DNA of 62,931 nt, the filler included, from Octopus bimaculoides (Eukaryota), in the NCBI RefSeq assembly GCF_001194135.2. It is 6 parts of 5 records of this genome, joined end to end, with 100 filler letters (N's around TTAATTAATTAA, not from the genome) between each part and the next. Parts side by side here need not be neighbours in the genome. Positions count along the whole stretch, not along the records: positions 1 to 27,226 come from NC_068998.1; positions 27,327 to 47,188 come from NC_068982.1; 4 more parts are not named here. One strand, given 5' to 3'. Made by a program: the position numbers and the translations under genes. The first letter of the stretch is position 1. Each line of letters opens with the position of its first letter. Positions 24,030 to 35,910 of the stretch are shown here, piece by piece. The notes under the pieces were generated by a model. That model made no database searches. It was not told the origin of the DNA and saw only the letters and a list, made by a program, of their open reading frames with translations.

Positions 24030-24830
24030 CACCATTTTGAACCATCGATTTCGAATTTTCATGTAGACCTTCTTAAATCGCATCAGCGACTCTTAACGCC
24101 TAGCGTTAATCTCAATTACCTCTGTCAGTCTTATATGAAAAACCGCTGAAAACGTGTTAATTTTCAAAACGGAAAAAATGTAAACAACAAATTAAAAAGT
24201 GTGACTTATTGGCAATTAGGACCTAAAGGCAAAATTTATAGAGGTTCTAATTACTAATAAGCTACCCATTTTAATTTGTCGTTTACACTTTTGCGGTTTT
24301 GAAAATCAGCACATGTTTCCAACGGTTTTTCTTATAAGACTGACAGAGGTAGTTGAGATTAACCCTAGGCGTTAAGAGTCACTGATGAGGTTTAAGATGG
24401 TCTACATCAAAATCCAAAATCGCGATTCAGCTAAGTACGCTGGGGATTTACCTCCGTTTGTCAGTCATTAAGTTCAGTGCTTTTCTGACTTTTGACTTGT
24501 TTTAACTCTTATTTTTAGCAAACGAGGTGCTAGTCAGTACACACTGTCATTTTTGTGAGCTCTGTTAATTTTGCCTGTAGGTTCTCATTTCTAATAAGCC
24601 ACACTTTTTAATTTGTTATTTAAACTTTTACCATTTTGAAGATCAGCACATGTTATCAACAGTTATTGTTATAAGGCTGACAGAGGTAGTTGAGTTCAAC
24701 GGTAGGCGTTAAAAGATGCAGATAAAAATTAAGATGGTCTACATCAAAATCCAACATCACGATCCGACGATGTACGCTGGAGACTTACTTCACTTTGTTA
24801 GTCCTTAATTTCAGTGCTTTTGTGGTTTTG
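24030..24830. repeat. pLTR-like unit in three copies: one inverted (24030-24224) back-to-back with two tandem direct copies (from 24242 and about 24580, period about 338 bp)
   Basis: All three share CTGACAGAGGTA(G/A)TTGAG..TAGGCGTTAA..AAGA(T/A)GGTCTACAT. A 17-nt spacer separates the inverted copies. Confidence 0.9.
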
Positions 24831-24918
24831 AGATATTTTATCTCATATCTTTAGAAAAAGAGGTACTAGTACGAACTCTCTCTCTTTTTCTCTCTACACA
24901 AACACACACACACACACA

Positions 24919-24972
<54 letters not shown>

Positions 24973-25226
24973 NNNNNNNNNNNNNNNNNNNNNNNNNNNN
25001 NNNNNNNNNNNNNNNNNNNNNNNNNNNNTATGCATATACGTACATATATTTACATATGTATATATACATATATATGTACGTATGTATAGATATCGATATA
25101 TATATATATATATATATATATTTGTATATCTGTACATGTATATATATATATCGATAATGTATATATGTATATTTATACATACATATATAAATACATATAT
25201 ACATACATACATACATATATATATAC

Positions 25227-25304
<78 letters not shown>

Positions 25305-26186
25305 ATATTTACATACANNNNNNNNNNNNNNNNNNNNNNNNNNNNNNNNNNNNNNNNNNNNNNNNNNNNNNNNNNNNNNNNNNNNNNNNNNNNNNNNNNN
25401 NNNNNNNNNNNNNNNNNNNNNNNNNNNNNNNNNNNNNNNNNNNNNNNNNNNNNNNNNNNNNNNNNNNNNNNNNNNNNNNNNNNNNNNNNNNNNNNNNNNN
25501 NNNNNNNNNNNNNNNNNNNNNNNNNNNNNNNNNNNNNNNNNNNNNNNNNNNNNNNNNNNNNNNNNNNNNNNNNNNNNNNNNNNNNNNNNNNNNNNNNNNN
25601 NNNNNNNNNNNNNNNNNNNNNNNNNNNNNNNNNNNNNNNNNNNNNNNNNNNNNNNNNNNNNNNNNNNNNNNNNNNNNNNNNNNNNNNNNNNNNNNNNNNN
25701 NNNNNNNNNNNNNNNNNNNNNNNNNNNNNNNNNNNNNNNNNNNNNNNNNNNNNNNNNNNNNNNNNNNNNNNNNNNNNNNNNNNNNNNNNNNNNNNNNNNN
25801 NNNNNNNNNNNNNNNNNNNNNNNNNNNNNNNNNNNNNNNNNNNNNNNNNNNNNNNNNNNNNNNNNNNNNNNNNNNNNNNNNNNNNNNNNNNNNNNNNNNN
25901 NNNNNNNNNNNNNNNNNNNNNNNNNNNNNNNNNNNNNNNNNNNNNNNNNNNNNNNNNNNNNNNNNNNNNNNNNNNNNNNNNNNNNNNNNNNNNNNNNNNN
26001 NNNNNNNNNNNNNNNNNNNNNNNNNNNNNNNNNNNNNNNNNNNNNNNNNNNNNNNNNNNNNNNNNNNNNNNNNNNNNNNNNNNNNNNNNNNNNNNNNNNN
26101 NNNNNNNNNNNNNNNNNNNNNNNNNNNNNNNNNNNNNNNNNNNNNNNNNNNNNNNNNNNNNNNNNNNNNNNNNNNNNNNNNNNNNN

Positions 26187-26225
<39 letters not shown>

Positions 26226-27119
26226 GTATGTATGCATAGGTACTTGTACATAGATCCATGCATGTACTTATAAATACATACATACATGCATACACATATA
26301 TAACTTTCCGGGAAATCTATTAACCAGGCGATCTTTGCAAGAGACTTTTACATATACTAACTGAATTATACAAGTTTCCTTCGACAAAATGAGATGACAT
26401 ATTGACAAAGGTAAAACGAAAAAGCATAAAAAAAGTAAAAAACAAAATCAAAAGAAATCAAATAGTAAAAAATATGTAAGACAAAAAAACATAATGGTCG
26501 TAGATGAACAAAAAAGAAAAGAAAGATGATGGAAAGAAGACATAAAAATAATAAGTAAATAAACAATAATTACGTTTCGGACTTCATTAGATAAGTTGTA
26601 AAATGACTTTGGCGAAGACATGGCTAAAGTGTAGTAAAGAGTAATGTAATTTTAAACAGACAGTTTTGTCGGTGACCTCAAGATATTGAAAAGAAAATAG
26701 CAACTGCATCATATTGTATTATGTGTCCATTAAGTGTGTCGCTGAGACATATCGTCAATAGGCATTTATCAAGCAAAGACAGATAAACATTGACGTTTAC
26801 ACGTTCACAAAACACTACCCGCAGACACACACAAATCGCACATTTACTTTCCGCATCTCGCTCACATATACACACGACCAAATGTATTATCGTTTATATT
26901 TATAAGTACATACCTGTCTGCGTATGCATGTACGATCTCACTTTCTCTTTATCTCCCTCACCCTCACTCCCTCACTCACTCACTCACTGTGTGTCTGTCT
27001 GTCTGTCGGTCTGTCGGTCTGTCGTTCTGTCTCTCTCTATATATATACATACATACACACATATATATATATACATATGTACATATGTATATATATATAT
27101 ATTTTTAAATATATATATG

Positions 27120-27152
<33 letters not shown>

Positions 27153-27177
27153 TTCGTTTTTGGATTTGGTTTGCAAG

Positions 27178-27226
<49 letters not shown>

Positions 27227-27270
27227 NNNNNNNNNNNNNNNNNNNNNNNNNNNNNNNNNNNNNNNNNNNN

Positions 27271-27282
27271 TTAATTAATTAA
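27271..27282. other. Assembly spacer TTAATTAATTAA inside N gaps (also 47233-47244, 57101-57112, 59384-59395, 61084-61095)
   Basis: The identical 12-mer occurs five times, always between N runs, and gives stops in all six frames. Confidence 0.95.
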
Positions 27283-27326
27283 NNNNNNNNNNNNNNNNNN
27301 NNNNNNNNNNNNNNNNNNNNNNNNNN

Positions 27327-27372
<46 letters not shown>

Positions 27373-28379
27373 TGTATGTATGTATGTATGTATGTATGCT
27401 TACATACTGCAATTTTATTAGGAGTAAATTTGCAAATTATCGTATACAAAGCCGCTAGTTTCCAAACATATGAATACACCGACGTTATAGAAGTGAAAAT
27501 TTATTCCTATAAAATCTCTGTATATTTACCTACTTATTGAGTAATTAGACATGTGATCTCGGTTATTCGATAATTCACTGCGTTATTTGCATAAATTGTC
27601 CATAAATGTAACTTTAAATTATCATTTATACAATAAGTTATTTTGAGAAAATAATTATATTATCGAATAAGTATATGGTAGTAAAGCAATTTGTGCTCAT
27701 ACGGTTCGGGTAGTGGGATACATAGTGCTAAAACATCAATACCTTGTAGAATGTTAAAATCATTTCAGGCAGAAATTAATATATACACATATACAGCAAA
27801 CTAATATATGCTGAGAACAAAATGTAATATATCTAAAAGCTAATCAAAATGCGTTTCAAACAATGTAAAAGTCATGTTAAAGTACAATGGAAACAAATAG
27901 ATATATGCTGAAATTAATTAAGATAAATTCGTAGCAAATTGATCTCGAAGCAAATGAAAACATATTCGAAAAATATTAAATAATTTTGTAGGAATAGAAT
28001 ATGTAACAGTAGATTTTTGCTTTCATTTCATTGGGTCTATGGAGATACCTTTTTAGATTTTAAGGTTGTAACTTGTTTGACTTATACCTGCAAATGTGTG
28101 TTTATTTATAGTTGAAGAAAGCCAACCTCACATCTACGTTTACTTGTTTCTGATTGTATGTACGGGTCTTTGATGAGGTGACAAAGACAAGCATTCACAG
28201 TTCCACGCATGTTCTGTGTGCTGTATAAGTAGAAATTATACATTACATTTGCACGAAAAAGAACATAGTTATGCTACTCAAATTCAATGTCAGTTTACTG
28301 TCTCATTCCCTTTAAATATAGATAATAGAAGTCTGCGGTTATTATATAGAAAATAATATCACTACAGAGTTGCGGATAG

Positions 28380-29480
28380 TGTTTGGATCCTGAAATGACC
28401 TATGGGCCAGGTAGGCCTAAAGTATGTTCTGGGGGTTATCAGCAATCACCTGCATCAAGTTCTTAGTAAGCAGTTTCTCTAATTTTAATTATAGGCTAGA
28501 TCGTGTTTTTATTGATGGATGTTATAGGCTTCTGGAGTAAATGCAGCTTTTTATAGATGCAGTCAATTAGAAATGTCTGATGACTAAGGAGTGAGTTTGT
28601 AAAAGATGCTCCATTTCATGAACGAGAAGTTGATTAAGAGGTGACAGAGGTAGAATATTCCCTGAATGTTGTGTAAACCCTACCATGAAGTCACTGTTAG
28701 TTATACCCGGTGAGTGTCACGGGATGCTATCGATGATGATGGAGTGACACTGTATTGCACTCCTTTTGAATAGGTACGCTGCAATCTGCAGTTGGTAAGA
28801 TTTCTGCTATTATAGGTTGGGCGCTTTTTTGCGTCTATTCTAGAATACAACCTTGGAAACAATATGATCTAAACATGAATAACTAACTTTATGAGAATTC
28901 AAGAATTTATTTTATTTATGGGTACTTCAATAAACTGCCTAGTTTGCTACAGTATGCAAGTTGAAATATTGTAGAACAGTGGATGAAATAGGGAAGTTAA
29001 GCAGTTTGGAATTTTCTTTGTAGCTAACTTGAATTTTAGTGTCGGAGTGGAAGATCGTCCATGGAAGCCAGCTCAAAGTAAATCCACACCTAGAAGATCT
29101 TGAAGATTTTTCTTCTCCGCCATAGATTGAAGATGCTTCTGTATAAATAAGTGAGTTCATTTCTAATTTCAGCTGGCGAGTGACAGAAATTACTCATGAT
29201 TTATATAAATTATTTCCCTAATGTGTTTTTGTGGCTGTGTATCTCCAGGAAATCGATATATGTTCATTTAGAGGTAGATGATTTAGTGACGCCGAAATCT
29301 TCGAAGATGATTACAGAATTCTGCAAGGCGTGGTCGTTAATACGGCTTCAGTTTACCAGGTAAGTTGATGGCAGTCAATTTTAAGGTATCCAAGTTAATA
29401 GTCAGAGAGTAGTTAGCGAACTAAACCGCGTTATAGATCCACATATATCCGTCGGACAGTTGCCTCCAATTCGATTCTGA
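28380..29480 (-). mobile_element. Very decayed RTE-clade LINE RT relic
   Basis: Faint motifs in the expected order: GK*FI (GKLFN-like), IRNELTY/LIYTEA (ELLYADD-like), CGFTLS (FGLTIS-like), DISN..KAA..EA, KLL(Y)*ELDAG. Confidence 0.4.
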
Positions 29481-29639
29481 TATGGAAGTTGCGTCAATTG
29501 GAATGCATTTGTCTAGGTTGCTGCATACATACATACTTACATACACATATATACATATATACATATAGATATACATATACATACATATTTATATATGTAC
29601 ATTAACAAGGTGTATACCAAGCCGTTCTATGTACGGCTC

Positions 29640-30050
29640 GTATGTTATGTCATCAGATCTCTTGAATTACTATACTGAATTGATACTTAGAAAACTGGAG
29701 GAGGAAAAGTTCTTAGAGTAGGAGGCAGAAATCTCCTAAATATAAGATGTGCTGATGACTTAGTCTTACTTTCACAATCGAAAAAAGAGACTTCAGAGAA
29801 TTGTGGATGTATTGCTCAGAGATAGTGAGACGAAAGGTATGTTTGTAAATTGCAGAAGTCAGAGATTATGGAGTTGAAAAAGAAAGGAAGCCCAAAGTGC
29901 ATGCTGAATGTGTACAATCAAATAATAATTAAGCAGATATCACCCGAAAATTCCGTGGGAATTTAGATCACAGAAGATGCAAGATGTACGGAGGAGATAA
30001 AAGGAGGAATAGAACTGGCAAAATTTCTATTCTCAAAAATGTGTGTGTAT
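29640..30050 (+). mobile_element. RTE-clade LINE RT fragment
   Basis: LLNYYTELILRKL..RVGGRNLLNIRCADDLVLL (RCADD 29745-29759)..LQRIV..GMFVN..ITEDARCTEEIK..IELAK. Confidence 0.8.
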
Positions 30051-30149
30051 ATATATGTGTGCGTGTGTAACGTGCGTGTGTGACTGTGTTGTGCGTAGCA
30101 CATGATGTGTGCTTGTGTGGTTTTACATGTGGTGTGTGTGTATGTATAG

Positions 30150-31382
30150 TAAATCTTCTATTAGTCTTTCATCAATTCATCAGATTATATACCAAAACTG
30201 TTGCATCCCGGTCTTCAAACAAGGAAACAGGTCTCTTGCAGTTAACTATCACTCAATCTCGCTCAACTCCTATATCATCAAAGTGTTTGAAAGATCAAGG
30301 ATAACTGACTTCCTAAAGAGCCGCAACCTTTTAAATTCTAACAAGCGTGATTCTCTACGGCAGGGACTGTGTAAAACAACTTTTACAACATATCAATAAT
30401 GTCCCTGAAGCATTGGTATCAGGTATGAACTTTGATTGTCATACATCCTGATCTCAGCAAAACGTTCGACAGAGTCAACCATAATATCTTCTTGACATAA
30501 TTGTCCAGTATTAGAATCCGTAGTAAACAGTTACATTGGATTAAGTATTTTCTAGTGAACGGAAAACTATACGTTTCAATCGGTGAAATCCACTCAACGC
30601 CGGTAAAAGTCAACACAGGTTCCCTTCAAGGGACTGTTTCGGGCTCGCTTCACTTTGTAGTCTATATAAACGCAATCTCAAGCGTCACCAAGCGTAGTAA
30701 TGTACAAATATTCGCAGTTGACACCAAACACCAGAATATCATCAGTAGAGAAGACCGAACTCAGCTCCAGTTTCATCTACATTTTTAAGCCGATAGGTGA
30801 ACAAAAACCACAGGCGGTTAAATAAGGAAAAGTTTGAACTCATGCACTTTAGAAAAAAAAAAGAGAATGCACTCAAAAAGCCGTATTCTCTTCCTTCAAG
30901 AGAAGTAACAAAATCCACTATCAAGGATTTAGGGGTAATCGTTGACAAAAATCTCGGCTGGAGTCCTTACATGAATAAAAATGTCAATCTAACTCTCAGG
31001 ATGAGCTCCTGGATCCTTCCGGTTCGAAGAGTAAGATTTTATTATTCCAATTTCCTCCTCATTAGGTTACTGCTGCTCGCTGTGGTCTCTCCACACCAGG
31101 CAACACTTTACCACAATTGAGTCAAACCAGAGAGCAATACCCAAAAAGATAAAAGATATAATTGATCTGAATTACTGGGAACGCCTTAAAATAATGAAAC
31201 CTTATTGCTTGCAGCTCCACCGCGAGCGGTACATCATTTGCATAATGTGGAGAATATGATACCAGCGTTGTCAAAAAGGACTTGAACGTTAGATTCAGAA
31301 TTCATCAAAGGCTGCAGCCACGTGCCATACGCTCCCTATACAATTCAGGGTCAGGAAACATAAATTCACTGCAAAACAAATT
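30150..31382 (+). mobile_element. CR1-group LINE RT and 3' region relic
   Basis: IPVFKQGNRSLAVNYHSISLNS, DLSKTFDRVNH, GSLQGTVSGSLHFVVYIN, FAVDTK, IKDLGVIVDKNL, WSP. Confidence 0.85.
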
Positions 31383-33446
31383 AATCAATAGTTGATCTTC
31401 ACAGCCGTATGAGCCCTTGCAACATCCCTTCTGCTCTTCTGGAAACAGGTTGTTATCTTCCAGGTGCTTGCTCAATCTCTGCGATATTATTGCAGTAAGG
31501 GCCTTGTAGATTGTGAGGAGACAGGTTATAGGTCTGTAGTTTTGTCGTTTTCTCGTTTCAGTGGATTTGGGAATTAGGATAGTTTTCCTTTTCGTGAGCC
31601 ATTCAGGTATTGTCTCTGGCCCTGCTAGTATGCCGTTAAAGTTTTCAGGCAGCTTTTTGTGTATTCCTGTCAGATATTTTAACCAGAAGTTGGGGATCGT
31701 TGCCGTGCCCAGGTGTCTTCCAGTTGCGTAGTCTTTGCAGTGCCTGGGTGACCCCTTCAGTTGTTATAGGGGTCCAGAGTTGCTCAGCTGCTAAGTTCTT
31801 TGTTTTAATATTCTTTTTCTGAGGTTGTTCCTTCTCCGACCATATTTATTTCCAAACTCCTTCCACTTCTGCTGCTGGTGCTGCAGTGATGTCTGTTTAA
31901 TTTTTGCCAAGTTTTTGGTAGAATTTTTTGGGGTTGGAGTTGAACCGTTTGTTTTGTTCAAAGAAACGTTGGCGTTTCTCAAACCGGCGGATCCTCTGTG
32001 CTTTGGGAAGGATATCTTGCTTTAGCTTTTCTTTTACCTCAGGTAAATCTTTTTCTGTAATGTTGTATTTGCATAGTATTTTTGTCTTCTTCTTGTTACT
32101 TAGCAGTGTTGATTGTCTACTAATTTCGTTAAGAATCGACAGATCGTTTCTCTTTTTATATATATTTTTTTAATATTATTTATCCACAGGGTTTGTTTGC
32201 GTGGTGGGACTCCTGTTTGGATCGGTCTGAGGGAGTATCCTGCTTCTTTTGTGGCTGCAGTGGCTGCTGCTCTATTATGTTATTTAGCTCAGTGATATTG
32301 CCATTTGTTTCTGTAGCTATTTGTTCCGTGACAGCCAGGTTTATGCTATTATTATTGATGTTGTTTTATTGTCTATATTGATTTTTGGGAGGTATAATCG
32401 GTGGTCCATTCTGAGGTCTGTGGTTTTCAGTTCTTTGATTATTCTCATTTTTATAGTATCATAATCATTAGGTTTCCCTTCGTTGTTTCCAGGTTTTAGA
32501 TTTGTTTCGCCTTCCCTCTCATTCACATGTTTATCTGTGGTATTCTGGATTGGTGCTCTTTGTACATTCTTATACATCCCTACCGTCTGGGTTTATTGTT
32601 TTTTTTCTGTTTACTTCGTTTTTGTTGGAAATGTTACGCTTGTCTTCATGTTTTACTATCTCAGTGTTTATATTATTTGACATTGTTGTGTGGCTATTAA
32701 CTACATTTTCCTGGTGTATTCTGCTCTTTTAATTGTTCTATTTCTATTTCTATTTTTTTTTCCTTTGAGAATATATTTCGTGTGTTAGCCAGTTTATTGG
32801 GGTTCATTGATGTGCAAAAGTCTTTATTTGGGTTATTTTTCTTCCATATTTTATATGTATATGTTGTTGAGTTTTCGTTCTTTGGGTAGAGCACTGCTGT
32901 AAAATAAGCGTGTAGGACTAAAATATATTCATCACCTGTCCATTTATGCCTTTTTGATTTTATTTGCGGGATATGAGGAACAACGTCCGGCCCTTTGTTT
33001 TGACGGTCATCATTTTCGTAGGATATCGGTCCGTTCATTTTTGTTGTCAAATTGTTTTCCACGTGTAGTTTTTCGTACTTTTTGTGTAACAAGTTTAAAG
33101 AACGCACTTCCCGATTGTTATTCGTGGATTGCATAATAACGGTATTATTTAATTTATTTGTAATATTTTGTACACGGTGTTTGGAGCCGGAGATGGTCTA
33201 GTGTTGATGGATCGTAATATATCAAGCGTGTTTCCATGCGCTGTGCGAGCAGTGCAGATGATATCCCGTTAAAATACATCGCTTCATTTGTAAAATAGAA
33301 ATAAATATCAATTAGTATTACTTACTCGGATATAGTCCAACCCTTTGTCAGCTATTTTTGGCTCCATGCGATGTCTTTATTTCCGATGTTTTTGGATAAA
33401 TTTCAGAGCAGTGTTTTATCGCTCTCACATGTTAAACCTCTCCGAT

Positions 33447-33447
<1 letters not shown>
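31383..33447 (-). mobile_element. R4/Dong-clade LINE copy B: 5' UTR, N-terminus and RT start, 3'-truncated
   Basis: RHKWTGDEYILVLHAYF..TYKIWKKNNP..NKLANTR; KAQRIRRFEKRQRFFEQNKRF; NYRPITCLLTIYKALT..EQKGCCKGSYGCEDQLLI. Confidence 0.85.
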
Positions 33448-33511
<64 letters not shown>

Positions 33512-34195
33512 GTTCAGTAGTTTTATTTTTATAACGTGCTTTCACTTCACTACCGAGCGCAGCTCTGTGCGCCTTGGGTATGTGCTGTGGTTTGCTGTGG
33601 TGCTCTTATGTTTACTGTATTGAAAGTGTTTTGCGTAGAATGTGTGCAGTACCCAGTAGTGCAATTTTCTGTATGTTATATATANNNNNNNNNNNNNNNN
33701 NNNNNNNNNNNNNNNNNNNNNNNNNNNNNNNNNNNNNNNNNNNNNNNNNNNNNNNNNNNNNNNNNNNNNNNNNNNNNNNNNNNNNNNNNNNNNNNNNNNN
33801 NNNNNNNNNNNNNNNNNNNNNNNNNNNNNNNNNNNNNNNNNNNNNNNNNNNNNNNNNNNNNNNNNNNNNNNNNNNNNNNNNNNNNNCTATTAGAAAGCAT
33901 TTTTTTTCTTCATGATCTTTGACAACTATATCTGGTCTATTTCCCTTAATTTCTCTATCTGTGTGTATTGGCATATCCCAGAGTATGGTTGCTTTCTCGT
34001 TTTCTGTGACCTTTTCTGGCGTGTGTTTATACCATCTTTTTTCCGTTGTTATTCCATAGTGTTGGCATAGCTTCCAGTGTATATAGGTCCCAGCTCTGTC
34101 GTGTCTGTGAATATATTCCTTCTTAGCCAGGACTGGACAGCCAGAAATAATATGATTTATTGTTTCTTGTCCATCTCCACATATTCTACATATTT
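33448..34195 (-). mobile_element. R4/Dong-clade LINE copy A: CCHC knuckle, REL endonuclease, 3' UTR and (AAT)n tail
   Basis: CRICGDGQETINHIISGCP..RHD..ILWDMPIHTDREIKGNRPDIVVKD..IQKIALLGTAHILRKTL*; 3' UTR hairpin GCGCA CAGAGC TGCGC; tail 33448-33511. Confidence 0.9.
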
Positions 34196-34256
34196 ACTGA
34201 GATAGTAAAACATGAAGACAAGCGTAACATTTCCAACAAAAACGAAACAGAAATAT

Positions 34257-34289
34257 CATTATTATTATTATTATTACTATTATTATTAC

Positions 34290-34346
<57 letters not shown>

Positions 34347-34359
34347 CATTATTATGACA

Positions 34360-34412
<53 letters not shown>

Positions 34413-34415
34413 GAC

Positions 34416-34480
<65 letters not shown>
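34257..34480. repeat. (ATT)n microsatellite
   Basis: Directly visible; source of the poly-Y and poly-L ORFs. Confidence 0.95.
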
Positions 34481-34482
<2 letters not shown>

Positions 34483-34484
<2 letters not shown>

Positions 34485-34710
34485 GGCGGTGAGCTGGAAG
34501 AATCGATAGCCATGATGGACAAAATTCGTTGCTGTATTTTGTTCGTCTTTACTTTCTGAATGTAAATTCCGCCGATCTCATTGAATTTCATGCTTTTTGA
34601 TGAATAGCATAAGTACCAGTCGAGCAGTGGTATGGATATAATCGACCCGCCCTCTTCCACACACTTTCATGTCTTGTGCTTATATTAGAAAGAATTATTC
34701 TTAATAGTTA
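34483..34710 (+). mobile_element. tRNA-derived SINE with CORE-like central block, decayed
   Basis: GGCGGTGAGCTGGAAGAATCG head..TTCTGAATGTAAATTCCGCCGA..AAGTACCAGT..CTTGTGCT tail. Same family as 35690-35910, 50940-51010 and 62690-62840. Confidence 0.7.
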
Positions 34711-34838
34711 TACTAGAAGCAGTTGGAAACGAAAAGAAGAATCATAGAAACAGTAGTAGTAATAATGGTAGTAATAGCAGTAGCAGCATCTGTAGCATTA
34801 ACTGCAATAGCGGTAGCAGTAATAGCAGCACCAACATC

Positions 34839-34886
<48 letters not shown>

Positions 34887-35267
34887 NNNNNNNNNNNNNN
34901 NNNNNNNNNNNNNNNNNNNNNNNNNNNNNNNNNNNNNNNNNNNNNNNNNNNNNNNNNNNNNNNNNNNNNNNNNNNNNNNNNNNNNNNNNNNNNNNNNNNN
35001 NNNNNNNNNNNNNNNNNNNNNNNNNNNNNNNNNNNNNNNNNNNNNNNNNNNNNNNNNNNNNNNNNNNNNNNNNNNNNNNNNNNNNNNNNNNNNNNNNNNN
35101 NNNNNNNNNNNNNNNNNNNNNNNNNNNNNNNNNNNNNNNNNNNNNNNNNNNNNNNNNNNNNNNNNNNNNNNNNNNNNNNNNNNNNNNNNNNNNNNNNNNN
35201 NNNNNNNNNNNNNNNNNNNNNNNNNNNNNNNNNNNNNNNNNNNNNNNNNNNNNNNNNNNNNNNNNNA

Positions 35268-35566
35268 GTGGCTGAGCACTCCACAGACACGTGTACCCTT
35301 AATGTAGTTCTCGGGGATATTCAGCGTGACACAGTGTGACAAGGCTGACCCTTTGAATTACAGGCACAACAGAAACAGGCAGAAAGAGTGAGAGCAAGTT
35401 GTGGTGAAAGAGTACAGCAGGGTTCGCCACCATCCCCTCCCGCAGCCTCGTGGAGCTTTAGGTGTTTTCGCTCAATAAACTCTTACAAAGCCTGGTCTGG
35501 GAATCGAAACCGCGATCCTATGACCGCGAGTTCGCTTCCCTAACCACTGGGCCATTGCGCCTCCAC
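35268..35566 (-). mobile_element. tRNA(Arg-like)-headed SINE
   Basis: Minus head GGAGGCGCAATGGCCCAGTGGTTAGGGAAGCGAACTCGCGGTCATAGGATCGCGGTTTCGATTCCCAGACC with A and B boxes; nearly identical to 51711-51790. Confidence 0.85.
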
Positions 35567-35689
35567 CATAAGGACGGTAGAGACCAAGGTTCCTGACACT
35601 TGATCTTCCTCAGGACGAGAAAATATAAAGAAATTTACTACCAGTGACGCAAAATTTTGAATGAGGGATGGCAGAAAAGAATTTATAAC

Positions 35690-35910
35690 ACTGGGTGAAT
35701 ACTTTTTACTCTAGGCACAAGGCCCGAAAGTTTTGGGGAGAGGACCAATCGATTACATCGACCCCAATACGCAACTGGTACTTAATGTTTCGACCCAGAT
35801 CGGATGAAAGGAAAAGTCGACCTCGGCAGAATTTGAACTCAGAACGTAAAGATAGACGGAATACTGCAAGGCATTTTGCCCGGCATGCTAACGTTTCTGC
35901 CAGCTCGCTT
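35690..35910 (-). mobile_element. CORE-like SINE
   Basis: Minus strand: GCGAGCTGGCAGAAACGTTAGCATGCCGGGC..TTCTGAGTTCAAATTCTGCCGAGGTCGAC..TTTCATCC..AAGTACCAGTTGCG. Confidence 0.8.

Noticed and set aside
26565-26595. Minus-strand CTAATGA-AGTCC-GAAACGTA hammerhead-like word
   Set aside because: There is no stem II or stem I pairing and the core is mutated; too weak to count.
27271-27282. TTAATTAATTAA repeated five times as a possible motif or CRISPR-like repeat
   Set aside because: It is always embedded in N runs and is a scaffolding spacer, not biology.
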